Of a stretch of DNA of 64,000 nucleotides, positions 60,370 through 64,000 are shown one piece after another (positions within the stretch are counted from its first letter, which is position 1; every line of letters begins with the position of its first letter). Under the pieces are notes generated by a model that made no database searches, had not been told where the DNA came from, and saw nothing but the letters and a program-made list of their open reading frames with translations. The stretch is taken from positions 78,103,371 to 78,167,370 of the forward strand of contig NC_057711.1 in the NCBI RefSeq assembly GCF_004010195.1. Direction: 5' to 3'. This DNA is from Chiloscyllium plagiosum. Lineage: Eukaryota. The translations under genes were made by a program, and so were the position numbers.

Positions 60370-60720
60370 TGGGTGACTGCCATTATTGGCAATTGCTTAT
60401 TACTAGGGAGGTGGTGATGGTGGGCTGCCTTTCTGAAGTGCTGCACTCCATGTGGTGAAAGTACACTCAGTGCTATTAGGAAGCCAATTTGAGATTTTTG
60501 ACCTTGTGACAGTGAAGGAATAATGATACAGTTCCAAGAAAAAAATGGAATGTAGCAGGAAAAAGGAATTTGCAGGTGGCCACGCTCACATGCATCAGCT
60601 GCTTACATCATTTTAGGTAGTTGGGGTTTCAGGTTTGGAAGGTACACTTGCAATGCGGAAACCTTCCAAAACCTCAGTGGTGGAAGGAGTGAATGTTGAT
60701 GGTTGTGGTCTAGGTTCAAT
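60370..60720 (-). mobile_element. LINE 3' fragment related to 13203-13620
   Basis: Direct similarity to 13230-13620. Confidence 0.6.
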
Positions 60721-62759
60721 CACAAGGTAAATTCTTTTGCAGATAATGCACTAAGCAGCATATTCTCTCACCTGCTAAACCTCAAGATTACATTTTGCAC
60801 TAATTTTGGGAACAAGATAACTGCATAGCCAACTGTTTGCATACAAAATAACTGGGATATGAGTAATGAGACAGAACATGATTTATGCAAGTCATTCTGA
60901 AGAACACCAAAATTGCAAATGCCAACTTTTGACTCAAAGACAACTATAATACTCAAGGCAGGCTAGTTTGTGAATTGAAAGCCTCGTAGTTTGAGTGTGT
61001 CATAACCCATGGAAGTGCTTACCAGCATGTGCAATGAACAGCCTTAAAACAAAGTAATCAAACATCAACTGCCATATCAAAATTTTCCAACCACTGTTCC
61101 AAGACAATATACTGAAGAGCAGCTGTCTCTTACCACCACCAACCCCCACCCAAAATATTACCTCTGCCTCTCTTCAATTACACTAACTCCCAACATCCTA
61201 ATACCTGTACAAATCCTCAAATTGATCACATCTAACAAACAACAGTACTTATTTGCAAAAATTACTGCAAAAGAATCAAGAATTACTCCACACAGCAATT
61301 AATTCAGTCTAACTCATCTTTATAAACCTGAAAGTTCATTTCTCTCAAGGGCTTGTCAAATTTACATAAAATCATTTGATTGTTTCTGCTTCAACCAACC
61401 CAATAAGCAACCCAATAATTAACTCACCATCAAATACAGATTTAAAAAGGCTTTTCCTCACTTCCCCTGAACATCTAACTCAAAACTCTAATTTTATGTC
61501 CCTTGTCCTTGTAAGATATATCATTGACAACACAAATGGCCGAAGAATTTCTGGTTGGAGTGTTGTAACTTAAGGAAAATTAAATATAGTCACTGAATAG
61601 AAAATAGAGGATATATTTTTAGTTTCATTTTTGCCAAAAAAAACACCAGTGAGGCCATGACAGAAAGAGCTGGCTTCAATAAGGGTAATTTGTTTTTTTT
61701 TTGTCCTCTTTCAGTGTATGTTTCTCATATTCATATTTCTAATTAGCTTTTCATGATAAATAACTAAATCCCAGGTCATTACATTTTTGTAAAAACTCCC
61801 AGTGGGAACTACATTAAAGTAAGTGTTCGCCTACTCAGCAGTTTTCTGGATGACCAGGAGATAGATATGTACAAGATGAGTGCTAAAAAAAATGTCAGAA
61901 ACCAAGATCATTGTAAAATTGTTTATTTGGGAATACAAACACAAATGACAAATTAAAGTCTGCATAAGCTGGGGTAAAACCCAAGATGACTTAAGAAAGA
62001 AGCATTAGCCAGAAAGCAAACATTCAAAATGCATAAACAAAGAATCAAAACACATGACACATCATGTTGTATTTGTCGGTGAGCTGTTGGCAACAGTGGA
62101 AAGCCAGAATTTATTTCTCAATGGCCAAACTGACAGACTTATTTTTATTACATTCTTGGAGGCTGTCCCAAGAAAGCTGGTGAACAAAAGGACAACTCTA
62201 AATGTCAAGATTATGGCAATCGTAGGTAGAAAAGCTCGATTCATCATTATCTTGTTTAAAAGTTTCTTTATTCAACAGGAGACACAGATTATATCACTTC
62301 CTGGTGCACAGAAAAGGATTATGGACATTTAAAAAATTTTACTTACTAAAAATCTGTGTGTGTTTCCAGATAAAACATGGCCAATTTTTTCCTAACTTAC
62401 AGTTCTTTATTTTGGAAATATTATTGGTTTATTGCACCAGTATCTTCTACAAAAGAAAAAAAAATCCTCATCTATAAATATCATGTAGTCCAAATAGAAG
62501 TAGAATAAACACAAGGTAAAGTTTCCTTAGGCATGGCTTTCTACAAAGAAAGGACCTCTAATCTCAACAGCTCAAGACAAACATGAGATGCCACATAAAG
62601 GGTGATAGTGAGAAGTGACTGAGGAGGATTCTGGGAGTAGTTGCAGAAGAACCAGTAACAAAGAATGAAGAAGACCCAAACATTACATTAGTGAAGTGCT
62701 TCTCTTTCTCCCTCCTCATGTTGGAAGGGGGTTAATGATGGCGGTGTACCTGCTCAAGA

Positions 62760-63830
62760 ATTTGAGGTAGTTGTTTACATCGGCAAGCTGCTGGGTTATT
62801 GTGCAGATATTTTGTTTCCATGGCCAGGTAACATCATCAGTGCAACTTCCATGAAACACTGTTGTTCTGTCCCACTTGTTTTTTGTGTGGTCAGGTCTGA
62901 GGCTCTTGGTGTGAGTGTCACTTCAGAGTCTTCTCTGCAGCTGTTTGTACACTGGGTCTTAGTGTTTGTTGATGGCCTGTCTGGTAGAAAACCAGGCTTC
63001 CAAGAATGCTCTTGGTATCTCTGGTTGGCTTGTCCGAGAATTATTACTTTGTCATAGTCGAATTGATGACTCTCTTGATCTGTATACACAGACCGTGTCA
63101 GGACATTGTTGAAAAGAGCCACAACACACTGCAACATACCAGAACTGCACAAGGAAGAGAAAAAGCATTTACACAAAGTCTTTGCCAACAACTGATATCC
63201 CATCAGCTTTGTCCGCTGATGCCTGTCCAACAGATAACACCAAGACCACACTGTACCTACCAACACACCGGCCACCTTACCCTATGTGAAGAACATACCA
63301 GAACTACCTACCAGGCTGTTATGACCACTGGGTATCATGGTAGCACACCAACCAGGACAAAGGACCCCATACCCACATGTAGGACCAATACGGTGTACAA
63401 AACCCCTTGCACCACAAACAGGAAGAAAACCAGCCATCTGAATTCACAAACACCAACTGGCAACTAAAATCCACTATCCCTCATCTCACTATACACCAAC
63501 CAAGGGGACCATCAATTCAATTATGACAAATTAATCATTCCAGGACAAACCAACCAGAGACACCCAACAGAGTTCTTGGAAGCCTGGTTTTCTACCAGGC
63601 AGGCCATCAACAAACATAGAGATAGACCCAGTGTACACACTGCTGCAGAGGTGACCCGGAAGTGATACTCTCCCCTACAGACCTCACCACATAAAAACCA
63701 AGTGCGACAGAACAACAGTGCTTCACAGAAGTCGCGCTGGTAATTAAACATCTGCACAATAAACTATTAGTGCGGTGATCTTACCAACTATCTCATCCAC
63801 AACTCAAGCTACAGATCTTCGCAAAAATCT
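62760..63830. mobile_element. Decayed Penelope/Poseidon-like 3' portion with an inverted terminal copy
   Basis: 62760-63090 (-) mirrors about 63490-63810 (+). Plus strand RVRTLLKRATTHCNIPEL and TNTVYKTPC. Degenerate hammerhead GCA-CTGATGA...AAAA-TATC-TGC at 62803-62843 (-). Confidence 0.75.
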
Positions 63831-64000
63831 GCTAGAGAATTTGTTTTTGGCTCAGAAACAATAAAGTCTCAGCTGTGTGCATCTGAGCCAGTAAAGGTAG
63901 AAGGTACTCTGGGAAAACTTGTCATGTGTGTAGCATGTAATATGTGGGAGGTTTCATTTCCACAAGACATACAGAACAGTTACATCTGCAGAGGGTAGCT

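Overview
Eukaryotic, repeat-rich DNA, almost certainly from a shark (inferred from multiple HE1-type SINEs and CR1-type LINEs). The only host coding sequence is three minus-strand exons (155, 129 and 130 bp; all AG/GT) of a Gq-class G-protein alpha subunit, best matching GNA14 exons 3-5. Everything from 21718 to the window end appears to be one intron of more than 42 kb. The introns are filled with decayed retroelements: CR1, L2 and Rex1-like LINEs, tRNA-derived SINEs, a complete non-coding LTR element with a tRNA-Leu PBS, PPT and TSD plus a second rearranged copy, a solo LTR, and many Penelope-like (PLE) pieces. The most striking signal is a set of at least three sequence-unrelated PLE-type families carrying minimal type I hammerhead ribozyme motifs. 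Two of them are inserted as fold-back hairpins with a shared architecture: an inverted arm pair, a 34-36 nt unpaired tail and a 14-16 bp target-site duplication, with the fold-back point often at the ribozyme core. Several ribozyme copies lie on the transcribed strand of the host gene. Boundaries of old repeats are approximate, and family names come from motif recognition, not database searches.
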